Below, piece after piece: positions 1 to 9,928 of a DNA stretch of 64,000 nucleotides (positions are counted from its first letter, which is position 1; each line of letters opens with the position of its first letter). The stretch is from NCBI GenBank assembly GCA_947459195.1, contig CANHCS010000002.1, positions 1,769 to 65,768 on the forward strand, in the 5' to 3' direction. Source of the DNA: Sphingobacteriaceae bacterium. Its GTDB lineage: Bacteria; Bacteroidota; Bacteroidia; Sphingobacteriales; Sphingobacteriaceae. The translations under genes and the position numbers were made by a program. The notes beneath the pieces are model-generated. The model had not been told where the DNA came from and did no database searches. It saw only the letters and a list, made by a program, of their open reading frames with translations.

Positions 1-1207
1 GAGAGAAGAATTAGGTACCGGAAAGGGATTGAGATTAGCCATCGCCGAAGGTTTCAAAAAAGCGATGTCTTCTATCCTCGATTCAAACATTACCACCTTC
101 TTAACCGGTGTAATTCTATACGTATTCGGAAGCGGTCCAATTTTGGGCTTCGCCACTACTTTGATGATAGGTATCGCAACCTCATTGTTTGCCGCCATCT
201 TCATTACCAGATTAATTTTTGAATGGATGCTTTCTAAAGATCAGCCGATCAGTTTCTCTATCAAAGCAACACAAAACCTATTCAAAGATTCTCAATTCGA
301 TTTCATCAGTGGTCGTAGAAGATTTTACCTCTTCTCCAGTATCATTATCATTGCCGGATTAATCTCCATATTTACCAAAGGCTTCAGCCTGGGTGTTGAC
401 TTTAAAGGTGGTCGTTCTTACTTTGTAGAGTTCAATCAAGCCGTTAGCACTGCAGATGTTCGCAAGGTATTAACAGAAGAATTTGGTTCAACTCCTGAGG
501 TTAAAACATTCGGTTCTGCCGAGAAAGTGAAGATTACCACTTCTTACTTGATTGATGATAACACGGAACAAGGCGATGTACTTGCCAATGAAAAATTAGC
601 TGAAGGTTTAAAGAAAATCAGCCCTGAATTTGAGATCAAGGATTCTCAAAAAGTGGGTCCTACCATTGCAAACGACATCAAAATATCAGCTGTATATGCG
701 GTGATATTCGCTATTCTGGTAGTATTCCTTTACATTTTAGTTCGTTTCCGTAAGTGGCAATTCGGAGTGGCTGCTATTGTTGCACTTGCCCACGACGTGT
801 TGGTTTTATTAGCGATCTTCTCCATCTTCAATGGCATCCTGCCTTTCTCTTTGGACATTGATCAGGCCTTTATCGCAGCCATCTTAACAGTAATGGGTTA
901 TTCTATCAACGATACTGTAGTGGTATTTGACCGTGTCAGAGAATACATCAACCAACACCATACCAAAGACGAGAATCTGCCATCGGTAATCAATAATGCC
1001 TTGAACAGTACGTTAAGCCGTACCGTGGTAACCGGTTTATGTACCATGATGGTATTGGTGATCATCTTTATCTTCGGTGGCGAAATTTTAAGAGGTTTCT
1101 CATTCGCCATGCTGATTGGTGTCATCTTCGGTACCTATTCTTCTTTGTTTGTGGCTACTCCTTTTGCAGTAGAATTCATCCGCGAAAAAGAAGAAACCAA
1201 AAAGTAA
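1..1207 (+). CDS. secDF: protein translocase subunit SecDF, C-terminal (SecF-like) part; 5' end lies outside the window
   Basis: The reading frame is open to position 1, so the ATG at 29 is internal. Multi-TM protein with the SecD/SecF-type motif GYSINDTVVVFDRVRE. Followed by an intrinsic terminator. Confidence 0.9.
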   Translation, partial: REELGTGKGLRLAIAEGFKKAMSSILDSNITTFLTGVILYVFGSGPILGFATTLMIGIATSLFAAIFITRLIFEWMLSKDQPISFSIKATQNLFKDSQFDFISGRRRFYLFSSIIIIAGLISIFTKGFSLGVDFKGGRSYFVEFNQAVSTADVRKVLTEEFGSTPEVKTFGSAEKVKITTSYLIDDNTEQGDVLANEKLAEGLKKISPEFEIKDSQKVGPTIANDIKISAVYAVIFAILVVFLYILVRFRKWQFGVAAIVALAHDVLVLLAIFSIFNGILPFSLDIDQAFIAAILTVMGYSINDTVVVFDRVREYINQHHTKDENLPSVINNALNSTLSRTVVTGLCTMMVLVIIFIFGGEILRGFSFAMLIGVIFGTYSSLFVATPFAVEFIREKEETKK

Positions 1208-1225
1208 TTTGGCTTTCGCCAAATA

Positions 1226-1255
1226 AAAAGCCCCTCCACTCGAGGGGCTTTTTTA
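1226..1255 (+). terminator. rho-independent terminator after secDF
   Basis: Stem GCCCCTC / GAGGGGC (1230-1236 / 1242-1248) with a 5-nt loop, then a T-run at 1249-1254. Confidence 0.7.
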
Positions 1256-1259
1256 TTTC

Positions 1260-1280
1260 ACAAATATTTTAGATATTTGT
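1260..1280. promoter_or_regulatory. perfect 8-bp inverted repeat ACAAATAT-N5-ATATTTGT, candidate MarR operator
   Basis: The palindrome was read directly from the sequence. It sits 17 nt upstream of the MarR-family gene start (1297), where an autoregulatory operator would be expected. Confidence 0.35.
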
Positions 1281-1296
1281 CACACTAATTATTGCC

Positions 1297-1731
1297 ATGT
1301 TAACAGAACCTTTTAATTCTTATTCACACCTGCTGGATCGTACAGCTCGAAAGGTGAAGCAATATGCCCAGCGTCGGTTTAATGCAGAGAATTTTGAGGT
1401 AACGGTAGACCAATGGCTGGTGCTTAAAAATTTAAATGAGCACCCGCAACTGAACCAAAGTGAACTGGCAGAGTTAATTGGTAAAGATCACCCAACGCTC
1501 ACCCGTATCATCGATTTATTGTGCAAAAAAGATTTGGTAGAACGAAAGGTAAATCCGGCTGATCGTCGTAGCTTTACCGTTCATTTAACGGGCAAGGGAG
1601 TGCTTAAAGTAAATGATTGGAGCCCAAAAATGGCTCAAATAAGGATGAAAGCCTGGGAAAACTTAACTGAAAGAGATTATAAAGATTTAAAACGGATTTT
1701 AGATACCATCTATCAAAATCTGAATGCTTAA
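1297..1731 (+). CDS. MarR family transcriptional regulator
   Basis: 144 aa with a winged-HTH pattern (QWLVLKNL...SELAELIGKDHPTLTRIIDLL..KDLVER...DRR) typical of MarR. Confidence 0.85.
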   Translation: MLTEPFNSYSHLLDRTARKVKQYAQRRFNAENFEVTVDQWLVLKNLNEHPQLNQSELAELIGKDHPTLTRIIDLLCKKDLVERKVNPADRRSFTVHLTGKGVLKVNDWSPKMAQIRMKAWENLTERDYKDLKRILDTIYQNLNA

Positions 1732-1748
1732 GATTATTATAAAATAAC

Positions 1749-2753
1749 ATGATCAAAACAGATATCTGTATTATTGGAGCAGGCCCGGTGGGCTTATTTA
1801 CAGTTTTTGAGGCAGGTTTACTAAAAATGCGTTGCCATTTAATTGATGCCTTACCGCAAATTGGTGGCCAGCTATCAGAAATTTATCCACAAAAGCCGAT
1901 TTATGATATTCCTGGTTACCCAGAGATCAAAGCGCAGGAATTGGTAGATAATTTGATGGATCAGATTAAGCCATTCGATCCCACATTTACTTTGGGTGAA
2001 CGTGTAGAAAACTTGGAAAAACAAGAAGATGGCTCCTACATCGTTAAAACGAGCGATGGCACACAGGTACACTGCCAAGTGGTGGCCATTGCGGGCGGGT
2101 TAGGCTGTTTTGAGCCACGTAAACCTGAAATTGAGGGCTTAGAAGACTTTGAAGGTAAAGGCGTTGCCTACATGGTTAAAAATCCGGAAACCTATCGCGA
2201 TAAAAAAGTAATTCTGGCGGGTGGCGGCGATTCTGCCCTCGACTGGACAATCTATCTAGCCGATGTGGCTGAACGTGTAACTTTAATCCACCGTGGCGAT
2301 ACTTTTAGAGGTGCACCAGATTCTGCAGAAAAAGTATTTGAATTGGCTAAAGAAGGTCGTATCAATTTGATCTTGCAATCTAATATTTCGAGTATCTCTG
2401 GCAACGGACACCTGAAAAATGTTTCTGTTCTAGGAAAAGATAAGGAAAGTCGTGAACTAGAAGCCGACTACCTGATTCCGCTCTTCGGTTTAAGCCCAAA
2501 ATTAGGCCCATTGGCTAACTGGGGTTTAAATATTGACAAGAATGCCATTGAGGTGAACACTTTCGATTATTCGACAAACGTAGAGCGCATTTACGCTATT
2601 GGCGATATCAATACTTATCCTGGTAAGTTAAAATTGATCTTGTGTGGTTTCCATGAGGCCGCATTGATGGTACAAAGTGCCTTTAAATATGTTTATCCAG
2701 ATCAAAAACTAAGTTTTAAATATACCACCGTTTACGGGGTAAATGCTTTCTAA
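1749..2753 (+). CDS. ferredoxin--NADP+ reductase, thioredoxin-reductase-like type
   Basis: 334 aa. FAD motif IIGAGPVG and NADPH motif AGGGDSALDW. Overall YumC/TrxR-like FNR pattern. Confidence 0.85.
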   Translation: MIKTDICIIGAGPVGLFTVFEAGLLKMRCHLIDALPQIGGQLSEIYPQKPIYDIPGYPEIKAQELVDNLMDQIKPFDPTFTLGERVENLEKQEDGSYIVKTSDGTQVHCQVVAIAGGLGCFEPRKPEIEGLEDFEGKGVAYMVKNPETYRDKKVILAGGGDSALDWTIYLADVAERVTLIHRGDTFRGAPDSAEKVFELAKEGRINLILQSNISSISGNGHLKNVSVLGKDKESRELEADYLIPLFGLSPKLGPLANWGLNIDKNAIEVNTFDYSTNVERIYAIGDINTYPGKLKLILCGFHEAALMVQSAFKYVYPDQKLSFKYTTVYGVNAF

Positions 2754-2754
2754 A

Positions 2755-3075
2755 ATGATTACCATCACTGTTGAAGACCGCAATGGCGAAACAAGAGATA
2801 TCGAATTACCAACCGATGTCAATTTAAACCTAATGGAAGCTTTAAAAGCTTCTGAATACAATATTTTGGCTACTTGCGGTGGCATGGCCCTTTGTGCCAC
2901 CTGCCATGTACAGGTGTTGGAAGGCATGGAGAAATTATCCCCGGCCGAAGATGCTGAGCTCGATATGCTCGATACCTTATTTGATGCCGATGCAGACAGC
3001 CGTCTGGCTTGCCAGCTTCGCATTAACGAAGCCATGGATGGTCTCAAGGTGAAAATCAGAGGCGACGAGCACTAA
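2755..3075 (+). CDS. 2Fe-2S ferredoxin (adrenodoxin/putidaredoxin type)
   Basis: Cys ligand pattern CGGMALCATCH...C (C-x5-C-x2-C...C). I chose the ATG at 2755 (MITITVEDRNG...), 1 nt after the FNR stop, rather than the track start at 2743. Confidence 0.85.
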   Translation: MITITVEDRNGETRDIELPTDVNLNLMEALKASEYNILATCGGMALCATCHVQVLEGMEKLSPAEDAELDMLDTLFDADADSRLACQLRINEAMDGLKVKIRGDEH

Positions 3076-3117
3076 GCACAACATTTTCGTAAAAACAGGG
3101 TTATCAAATAAATAATT

Positions 3118-4425
3118 ATGAAAAAGACCCTGAACAATCACAATCATCAACCGCTCATTATCATTGTAGGCGGGGGTTTTGGCGGCATCGAGTTGGCCAA
3201 AAAACTCCGTAATAAACCAGTTCAAGTCCTCCTACTCGACCGGCACAATTACCATACTTTTCAACCACTACTCTACCAGGTGGCTACGGGAGGTTTGGAA
3301 CCCGATTCTATCGCATTTCCACTCAGAAGAATATTCAAGGGACAAGAGAATTTTTCCTTCCGAATGACGGAAGTGGAACAAATCTTCCCCGAAAAACAAG
3401 TCTTGAAAACGAGCATTGGTGATCTGAAATATGATTATTTGGCATTGGCAACCGGCTCTGACACTAATTTTTTCGGTCAGAAGGCGATTGAACACTACTC
3501 CATGCCAATGAAAAGTATTCCGGAGGCCCTGAACCTGCGAAGCATGCTCTTGCAAAATCTGGAAGAAGCCATTATTAAGCAAGATGAGGCCAAACAGCAT
3601 GCCTTGCTCAATTTTGTGGTGGTGGGTGGAGGCCCAACTGGCGTGGAATTATCGGGCGCTTTGGCAGAGCTTAAAAAACATGTGCTGGCCAATGATTACC
3701 CGGAACTGGACTTGAGTAAAGTAAACATCTACCTGATTGAAGGTTCAGACAAAATCTTAGGCGCCATGTCTGCACAGGCATCCGAAAAATCAAGATTTTT
3801 TTTGGAGGAAATGGGTGTGAATGTGCTTTGTAATCAAAGGGTGCTAGGCTATGATGGAGAAGCAATCGAACTTTCTGAGGCACCGGCCATTCCAACAAAA
3901 AATGTTTTGTGGTCTGCCGGAGTAAAAGGTGCAGTCATTGAAGGCATTCCTTCGGAGGCAATTACCCGTGGACAGCGCATTTTGGTAGATGAGTATAATC
4001 GTGTACAAGGCTGCGCAAATATTTTTGCGATTGGCGATCTAGCTGCAATGCTCTCTGATCAATATCCGAATGGACATCCCGGAGTGGCACCTGTGGCCAT
4101 ACAGCAAGGCAAGAACCTGGCTCAAAATCTCCTGAGGATCATTCAACAAAAAAGTCTTATCCCCTTCAAATATCACGATAAAGGATCAATGGCTACCGTA
4201 GGGCGCAACAGGGCCGTGGTAGACATCGGAAAAATCCGTTTTCAGGGAGTTTTTGCCTGGTTTGTGTGGATGTTTGTTCACCTGATGACGCTCGTCGGTT
4301 TCCGCAACAAATTGGTCGTTTTTGTGAACTGGGTATGGAGTTATTTCAGTTACGACCGTGGCACCCGGCTCATCATCCGGCGGTTCAGCAGGAGCTCAAT
4401 GACGGAAGATACGGCGGCGAAGTAG
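3118..4425 (+). CDS. ndh: type II NADH:quinone oxidoreductase (NDH-2)
   Basis: 435 aa with two dinucleotide folds (VGGGFGG, VVGGGPTGVE) and the C-terminal membrane-anchoring region typical of NDH-2. Confidence 0.9.
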   Translation: MKKTLNNHNHQPLIIIVGGGFGGIELAKKLRNKPVQVLLLDRHNYHTFQPLLYQVATGGLEPDSIAFPLRRIFKGQENFSFRMTEVEQIFPEKQVLKTSIGDLKYDYLALATGSDTNFFGQKAIEHYSMPMKSIPEALNLRSMLLQNLEEAIIKQDEAKQHALLNFVVVGGGPTGVELSGALAELKKHVLANDYPELDLSKVNIYLIEGSDKILGAMSAQASEKSRFFLEEMGVNVLCNQRVLGYDGEAIELSEAPAIPTKNVLWSAGVKGAVIEGIPSEAITRGQRILVDEYNRVQGCANIFAIGDLAAMLSDQYPNGHPGVAPVAIQQGKNLAQNLLRIIQQKSLIPFKYHDKGSMATVGRNRAVVDIGKIRFQGVFAWFVWMFVHLMTLVGFRNKLVVFVNWVWSYFSYDRGTRLIIRRFSRSSMTEDTAAK

Positions 4426-4440
4426 TTTGGAGTCCTGCGT

Positions 4441-5322
4441 TTGGAGTTTTACCTTTACGCTGTGTCCAACACCAAGCCATACAAACTCATCGAATGTCCT
4501 CGTGATGCCATGCAGGGCTTATCAGACTTTGTACCCACTGAATTAAAAGTGGCTTACCTGAATTTATTATTGGAGGTGGGTTTCGATACACTCGATTTCG
4601 GCAGTTTCGTTTCTCCAAAGGCTATTCCGCAAATGCAGGACACTGCAGCAGTGCTCAGCCAGCTAAATCTGAACGAAAAAACTAAATTACTGGCTATTGT
4701 GGCCAATCTGCGGGGTGTAGAAGAAGCAGTCAAATATGCGGAAATCTCTTATCTGGGATTTCCCTTTTCGGTTTCTGAAACTTTCCAGCAGCGCAATACC
4801 AATGCTTCTATCCAGGAATCACTAAAAACAGTGAGAGAAATGCTGGAGCTTTGCCGAAGGAACAACAAAGAAGCCGTCATCTATCTTTCTATGGGCTTCG
4901 GTAACCCTTACGGAGATGAGTGGAGTCCGGAAATTGTGAGCAACTGGGCAAAAGCACTTAGCGATAGGGGCGCTCAAATTCTTTCTTTATCAGACACGGT
5001 AGGCATCGCATCACCTGAACAAATTGAAGGTTTATATCGCCATTTAGCGGAAGCCTTACCAAATACCGAAATCGGATTACATTTACACAGCACTCCAGCA
5101 TCCTGGAAAGAAAAAATGGAAGCGGCCTACCGTGCTGGTTGTCGTCGGATGGATGGCGCTCTGAAAGGCTTTGGCGGCTGCCCAATGGCTACCGATGACC
5201 TGACCGGTAACATGCCTACCGAAAACATGATCAGCTTCTTAGAAACCAAGGGTGAAGCTTTAAGCTTGAATATGGATAAATGGCAAGAAGCGCTTGCCTT
5301 CTCCTCCAAAATTTTCCACTAA
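4441..5322 (+). CDS. hydroxymethylglutaryl-CoA lyase
   Basis: Signature N-terminus LIECPRDAMQG and a DRE-TIM fold pattern. There is no ATG upstream of the conserved motif, so the start must be TTG 4441 or GTG 4462. Confidence 0.85.
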   Translation: MEFYLYAVSNTKPYKLIECPRDAMQGLSDFVPTELKVAYLNLLLEVGFDTLDFGSFVSPKAIPQMQDTAAVLSQLNLNEKTKLLAIVANLRGVEEAVKYAEISYLGFPFSVSETFQQRNTNASIQESLKTVREMLELCRRNNKEAVIYLSMGFGNPYGDEWSPEIVSNWAKALSDRGAQILSLSDTVGIASPEQIEGLYRHLAEALPNTEIGLHLHSTPASWKEKMEAAYRAGCRRMDGALKGFGGCPMATDDLTGNMPTENMISFLETKGEALSLNMDKWQEALAFSSKIFH

Positions 5323-6263
5323 AAAAGAGCTAATATCTCGTTCCGCCAAACCAAGACCAAAACACCTCCAACAGCAATTAATGCGCCTAAAAAAGACTGA
5401 AAAGTGATTTTTTCACGATAAAGGAGCCATGATACCGGTAAAATAAATACCGGGACCATCGAAAATAGGGTTTGAGCAATGGAAACATTGATTAGATTGG
5501 CTGCATACAAAGAGAGAGAAACACCGACAACCGGACTGATGATGGTAGCCAACAAAGTGTATCGAACAGCCGTAGCATCCGCTTGAAATATAGACTTAAT
5601 GATTGATAAAGCTTTGTTTCTGAAAATAGAAATGAGGAACAAGCTGGCTGCAGCGATCAATAAACGAATCCAGGAAGCATGTAAAGGACTGAACTGATCG
5701 GCTTGCTGCATGCCAATTTTAGAAAAAACCAAGCCAATTCCCTGAGTAAGCGATCCACCGATGGCTAATAAAACGCCCTTAAAATGATAGCGTTTGTCGG
5801 CTATTTCATGCTGATTTTTCTTGTTGAAAATGACCAAAAATACCCCCGCAATGGTAATGACCATCCCTGCAAAGGCAATGAATGAAATGGTTTCCTGCAA
5901 AAAAATCATCCCGAAAAGTAAAGCAGCGCCGGGTGCAAAGGTGTAGAACAAAGAGGTTTTTCTGGGACCAATCATTTCAAAGGCACTAAATGCGAACCAG
6001 TCGCCGAGCGTTAATCCAATAAAGCCCGATAAGCCGAGCCATAACCAGGAACTTAATCCCGGGAGCGTAAATAATTCAGATGGTTTTATCTGATCGAAAA
6101 AGAGGACGGAAAATCCGAGGATCAATGCAGCCAAAACCAAGCGAAAATGGTTGAGTACATTGGCTCCTAATCGTTTGGAAGCTTCCGTAAAAAACAGCAT
6201 GCCAAAAGTCCAGCAGATAGCCGTACCAACGGCAAACAGCTCACCTTTGAGCTCTAAATTCAT
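5319..6263 (-). CDS. EamA/DMT family transporter
   Basis: 314 aa, about 10 TM segments arranged as two EamA-like halves. Confidence 0.8.
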   Translation of the reverse strand: MNLELKGELFAVGTAICWTFGMLFFTEASKRLGANVLNHFRLVLAALILGFSVLFFDQIKPSELFTLPGLSSWLWLGLSGFIGLTLGDWFAFSAFEMIGPRKTSLFYTFAPGAALLFGMIFLQETISFIAFAGMVITIAGVFLVIFNKKNQHEIADKRYHFKGVLLAIGGSLTQGIGLVFSKIGMQQADQFSPLHASWIRLLIAAASLFLISIFRNKALSIIKSIFQADATAVRYTLLATIISPVVGVSLSLYAANLINVSIAQTLFSMVPVFILPVSWLLYREKITFQSFLGALIAVGGVLVLVWRNEILALF

Positions 6264-6688
6264 CGTTTAAGCACCATTTTGAAGTGCTGAATGCCTGCTT
6301 CCTCAAATTGAGGGCCTTCGGCTTCGAAACCAAATTTGGTATACAATCCCATTGCCTGAATTTGGGCGTGAAGGTAAACATAGTTGGCATCGGACGGAAG
6401 ATTGGCAATAACGGCTTTCACCAGCTCCTGCCCTACACCTAAATTGCGAAAAGACTGAAGTACGGCAAAGCGCTCTAATTTATAGCCTTTCTCGGTTTTA
6501 CGCCAACGGGCTGCACCTGCTGGGATTCCATCAACCCGGGCTAAGAAATGCGTAGACTCGTCTTCAAACTCCCACTCCAATTCAGGCGGACAATCTTGCT
6601 CCACCACAAATACTTCTTTACGGATTGCAAAAACTTGTTCGAGTTCTTTACTCGGATTTTTTACTCTTTCTACGCTGAGCTGTGACAT
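6260..6688 (-). CDS. GNAT family N-acetyltransferase
   Basis: 142 aa with an acetyl-CoA binding pattern (RNLGVGQELV). 4-nt overlap with the downstream EamA gene. Confidence 0.85.
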   Translation of the reverse strand: MSQLSVERVKNPSKELEQVFAIRKEVFVVEQDCPPELEWEFEDESTHFLARVDGIPAGAARWRKTEKGYKLERFAVLQSFRNLGVGQELVKAVIANLPSDANYVYLHAQIQAMGLYTKFGFEAEGPQFEEAGIQHFKMVLKR

Positions 6689-7169
6689 TGTTTTTTTGTG
6701 TGCTTTTATTTAATCGCTGATAGGTCACTTTTTGTGAATGCAGGTGTTCTGCCGCATCAATGGAATGGGAACTATGAATATCACGCTGTTTTTCGGCAAG
6801 AGCCGACAATTTTTGATAGAACTGATGAATTTTATCCAATTCTTCTTCGGTGAGATTTTCAATATCCACCATCCGGTTACTTGCCTTCTCGCTGGCGGCA
6901 ATGAGTTCGTTTAACTTTAACTGAATGGCTTTATTGTCTTTGTTCTGCGTTTTCTGAATCAAGAAAACCATTAAAAAGGTAATGATGGTGGTTCCAGTAT
7001 TGATGATCAATTGCCAGGTTTCAGAAAAATCAAAAAGCGGACCCGTAATGGCCCATGCCAGAATAATAGACAGAGCGGCTAAAAAAGCGAAGGAACTTCC
7101 TGTAATGATGGTTACCGTGTTGGCGAAACGCTCAAAAAATCCCGCTGGCTTTTTTACCTTTTTAGACAT
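6648..7169 (-). CDS. low-affinity iron permease family protein
   Basis: 173 aa. The N-terminal FERFA...GS..F pattern and two TM segments, followed by a coiled region, match bacterial Fet4-like (PF04120-type) proteins as I recall them. Confidence 0.7.
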   Translation of the reverse strand: MSKKVKKPAGFFERFANTVTIITGSSFAFLAALSIILAWAITGPLFDFSETWQLIINTGTTIITFLMVFLIQKTQNKDNKAIQLKLNELIAASEKASNRMVDIENLTEEELDKIHQFYQKLSALAEKQRDIHSSHSIDAAEHLHSQKVTYQRLNKSTQKNNVTAQRRKSKKSE

Positions 7170-7172
7170 TCC

Positions 7173-8252
7173 TTATAGTTTACTGTTCACTTGCAAACAA
7201 TTCAAATCTTCGAAGGCCTGCGTTAGTCGTTTCACAAATTGCTCCTCTCCTTTTCTCAACCAAACTCGTGGATCATAATATTTCTTGTTTGGCACCTCGT
7301 CTCCTTCCGGGTTACCAATTTGACCTTGTAAATAAGCTTCTTTTGCTTTGTAATATTCTAAAACACCTTCCCAATAAGCCCATTGCATATCAGTGTCGAT
7401 ATTCATTTTGATGGCGCCATAAGAGATCGCTTCGCGTATTTCTTCTTGAGAAGAGCCTGAACCGCCGTGAAACACAAAATTGATTGGCTTCTCTTCAGTA
7501 CGACCAAATTCTTTACGGATAAAATCCTGAGAGTTTTTCAGAATGACCGGTTGCAATTTTACATTGCCGGGTTTGTAAACCCCATGAACATTGCCAAAGG
7601 CAGCTGCAATGGTGAATTGATCACTCACTTCCATGAGTTCCTTGTAAGCGTATGCTACTTCAGAAGGTTGGGTGTACAAGCGTGAGCTGTCCACATCGGT
7701 ATTATCCACACCGTCTTCCTCACCCCCGGTTACACCAAGCTCTATCTCGAGCGTCATGCCCATTTTTGACATACGAGCCAAGTACTTTTTACAGATTTCA
7801 ATATTTTCTTCGATAGATTCTTCTGATAAATCGATCATATGAGATGAAAACAGAGGCTTACCATGACGGGCAAAGAATTGCTCACCATAGTCTAACAAAC
7901 CATCAATCCAAGGTAAAAGCTTTTTTGCAGCATGGTCGGTATGAAGAATAACAGCTACTCCGTAATGCTCCGCCAATAAATGAACATGTTCAGCCGCTGA
8001 TACTGCTCCTAAAACACAAGCTTTCTGATGATCGTTATTTAATGATTTACCAGCATAAAACTGAGCACCACCATTTGATAACTGTATAATCACGGGTGAG
8101 TTAACAGCTTTAGCGGTTTCCATTACCGCATTGATGGAGTTGGTTCCGATCACGTTTACTGCCGGCAAGGCAAATTGGTGTTTTTTTGCTATTTCAAATA
8201 ATTCTTGAACGGCAGCGCCATGCACTACACCACTATAATTTTTCAAACTCAT
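7173..8252 (-). CDS. fbaA: class II fructose-bisphosphate aldolase
   Basis: 359 aa with strong full-length resemblance to FbaA (…HTDHA…, …FVFHGGSGS…). Confidence 0.95.
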   Translation of the reverse strand: MSLKNYSGVVHGAAVQELFEIAKKHQFALPAVNVIGTNSINAVMETAKAVNSPVIIQLSNGGAQFYAGKSLNNDHQKACVLGAVSAAEHVHLLAEHYGVAVILHTDHAAKKLLPWIDGLLDYGEQFFARHGKPLFSSHMIDLSEESIEENIEICKKYLARMSKMGMTLEIELGVTGGEEDGVDNTDVDSSRLYTQPSEVAYAYKELMEVSDQFTIAAAFGNVHGVYKPGNVKLQPVILKNSQDFIRKEFGRTEEKPINFVFHGGSGSSQEEIREAISYGAIKMNIDTDMQWAYWEGVLEYYKAKEAYLQGQIGNPEGDEVPNKKYYDPRVWLRKGEEQFVKRLTQAFEDLNCLQVNSKL

Positions 8253-8417
8253 TCTTGAATAGTTATGTTTAAGATGGTTCTAAAATAAGCAAATTGAAGT
8301 CAAAATCAAGATTTCTAGATCATTTTAAATCATTGATACTGCAAAATTCAAGTCTGTTTGTGATTACTATTTGTTTCTCGATTTTTTCGTTTATTTGTAG
8401 CTCAAATTATAAGGTAC

Positions 8418-9263
8418 ATGGCCTGGTTTAAGAGAGATAAAAAAGGAATTTTTACGAGTACTGACGATAAATTAGAAGCTCCGGATGGTATCTGGGACAA
8501 ATGCCCGTCTTGTAAAAAACCACTCCACTACCAGGAGCAGGTGGATCATAAATATGTTTGCCACTATTGCGATTACCACCTCAGAATTGGTTCGGCCGGC
8601 TATTTTGAAATTTTATTCGATGACAATCAGTTTACTGAGCTCTTCCCAGATTTACGTTCTGGTGACCCGCTAAATTTTACCGACAGTAAAAAATATACCG
8701 AACGTTTAGAGGAAAGTTATGCCAAAACAGGTCTGAAAGATGCCATCCGTTCGGCTCATGGTAAGATTGAAAATCAGGATCTAGTGATTGCCTGCATGGA
8801 TTTTAACTTTATTGGCGGTTCTATGGGCTCGGTAGTTGGTGAAAAAATTGCCCGATCCATCGATTATTGTATCGAACACAAAATTCCATTTTTGATGATC
8901 TCTAAATCTGGAGGCGCCCGTATGATGGAAGCAGCGTTTTCGTTGATGCAAATGGCCAAAACATCGGCCAAATTAGCTTTATTGAGCAAAGCCAAGATTC
9001 CCTATATCTCTTTGTTAACCGATCCAACCACTGGCGGTGTTACGGCGTCATATGCCATGTTGGGCGATATCAACATTGCGGAACCGGGTGCATTGATTGG
9101 TTTTGCCGGCCCCAGGGTAATTAAAGAAACTATTAAACGCGACCTGCCTAAAGGATTCCAAACTTCTGAATTCGTTTTGGAGCATGGTTTTCTTGATTTT
9201 ATTGTTGACAGACGTGAGATGAAAGCCAGGCTTGCCACCTTCATCCGGATGATGAACAACTAA
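8418..9263 (+). CDS. accD: acetyl-CoA carboxylase carboxyltransferase subunit beta
   Basis: N-terminal Zn-ribbon CPSC..x..CHYC followed by a carboxyltransferase domain ([17 protein letters not shown]). Confidence 0.95.
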   Translation: MAWFKRDKKGIFTSTDDKLEAPDGIWDKCPSCKKPLHYQEQVDHKYVCHYCDYHLRIGSAGYFEILFDDNQFTELFPDLRSGDPLNFTDSKKYTERLEESYAKTGLKDAIRSAHGKIENQDLVIACMDFNFIGGSMGSVVGEKIARSIDYCIEHKIPFLMISKSGGARMMEAAFSLMQMAKTSAKLALLSKAKIPYISLLTDPTTGGVTASYAMLGDINIAEPGALIGFAGPRVIKETIKRDLPKGFQTSEFVLEHGFLDFIVDRREMKARLATFIRMMNN

Positions 9264-9269
9264 AACGCC

Positions 9270-9884
9270 ATGCAGTTATTTACTGCCTCTCCTGAAATTA
9301 ATTTATTGCCGTTTGACGGCATGGTTCATTATTATGGCCCTGTACTTTCGCAAAAGGATGCCGACCTTTGTTTTGAGCGCTTATTGGAAAATATAGCCTG
9401 GAAAAATGACGAAGCCCTTGTTTTTGGTAAACATTATGTAACCAAGCGAAAAGTGGCATGGTATGCCGACCGCCCTTACAGTTACACCTATTCCAAAATC
9501 ACCAAAGAAGCCTTGCTCTGGACAGATGAACTGCTTAGTTTAAAGGGTATAGTCGAACAATTGAGTGGTGAAAGCTTCAATTCCTGCTTACTCAATCTTT
9601 ACCACGACGGAACGGAAGCCATGGCATGGCATAGCGACAGCGAAAAAATGTTGAAAAGAGACGGAGCAATTGCCTCACTGAGCTTTGGTGCTGAACGCAA
9701 ATTCGGGTTCAGGCATAAAGCAAACAAAGAAACTGTAAGCCTTGAACTTGAACATGGCAGCCTGTTAATGATGAAAGGATGCACACAACGTTTTTGGGCA
9801 CACAAATTATTTCCGTCAGCTAAAATTAAAACTGCACGTATCAACCTGACCTTCAGAACTATCATCACAGATCAACCTGAATAA
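9270..9884 (+). CDS. alkB: alpha-ketoglutarate-dependent dioxygenase AlkB
   Basis: HxD (AWHSDSE), a distal His (FWAH) and RINLTFR motifs of Fe(II)/2OG AlkB. Confidence 0.85.
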   Translation: MQLFTASPEINLLPFDGMVHYYGPVLSQKDADLCFERLLENIAWKNDEALVFGKHYVTKRKVAWYADRPYSYTYSKITKEALLWTDELLSLKGIVEQLSGESFNSCLLNLYHDGTEAMAWHSDSEKMLKRDGAIASLSFGAERKFGFRHKANKETVSLELEHGSLLMMKGCTQRFWAHKLFPSAKIKTARINLTFRTIITDQPE

Positions 9885-9928
9885 ATAAAACTCTGAAGCA
9901 TTTTTCGTTCATCTTCTTTTCTTGCAAC

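Noticed and set aside
2743-2754. Apparent 11-nt overlap between the FNR and ferredoxin genes
   Set aside because: An in-frame ATG at 2755 (MITITVEDRNG) is the more typical ferredoxin N-terminus and removes the overlap.
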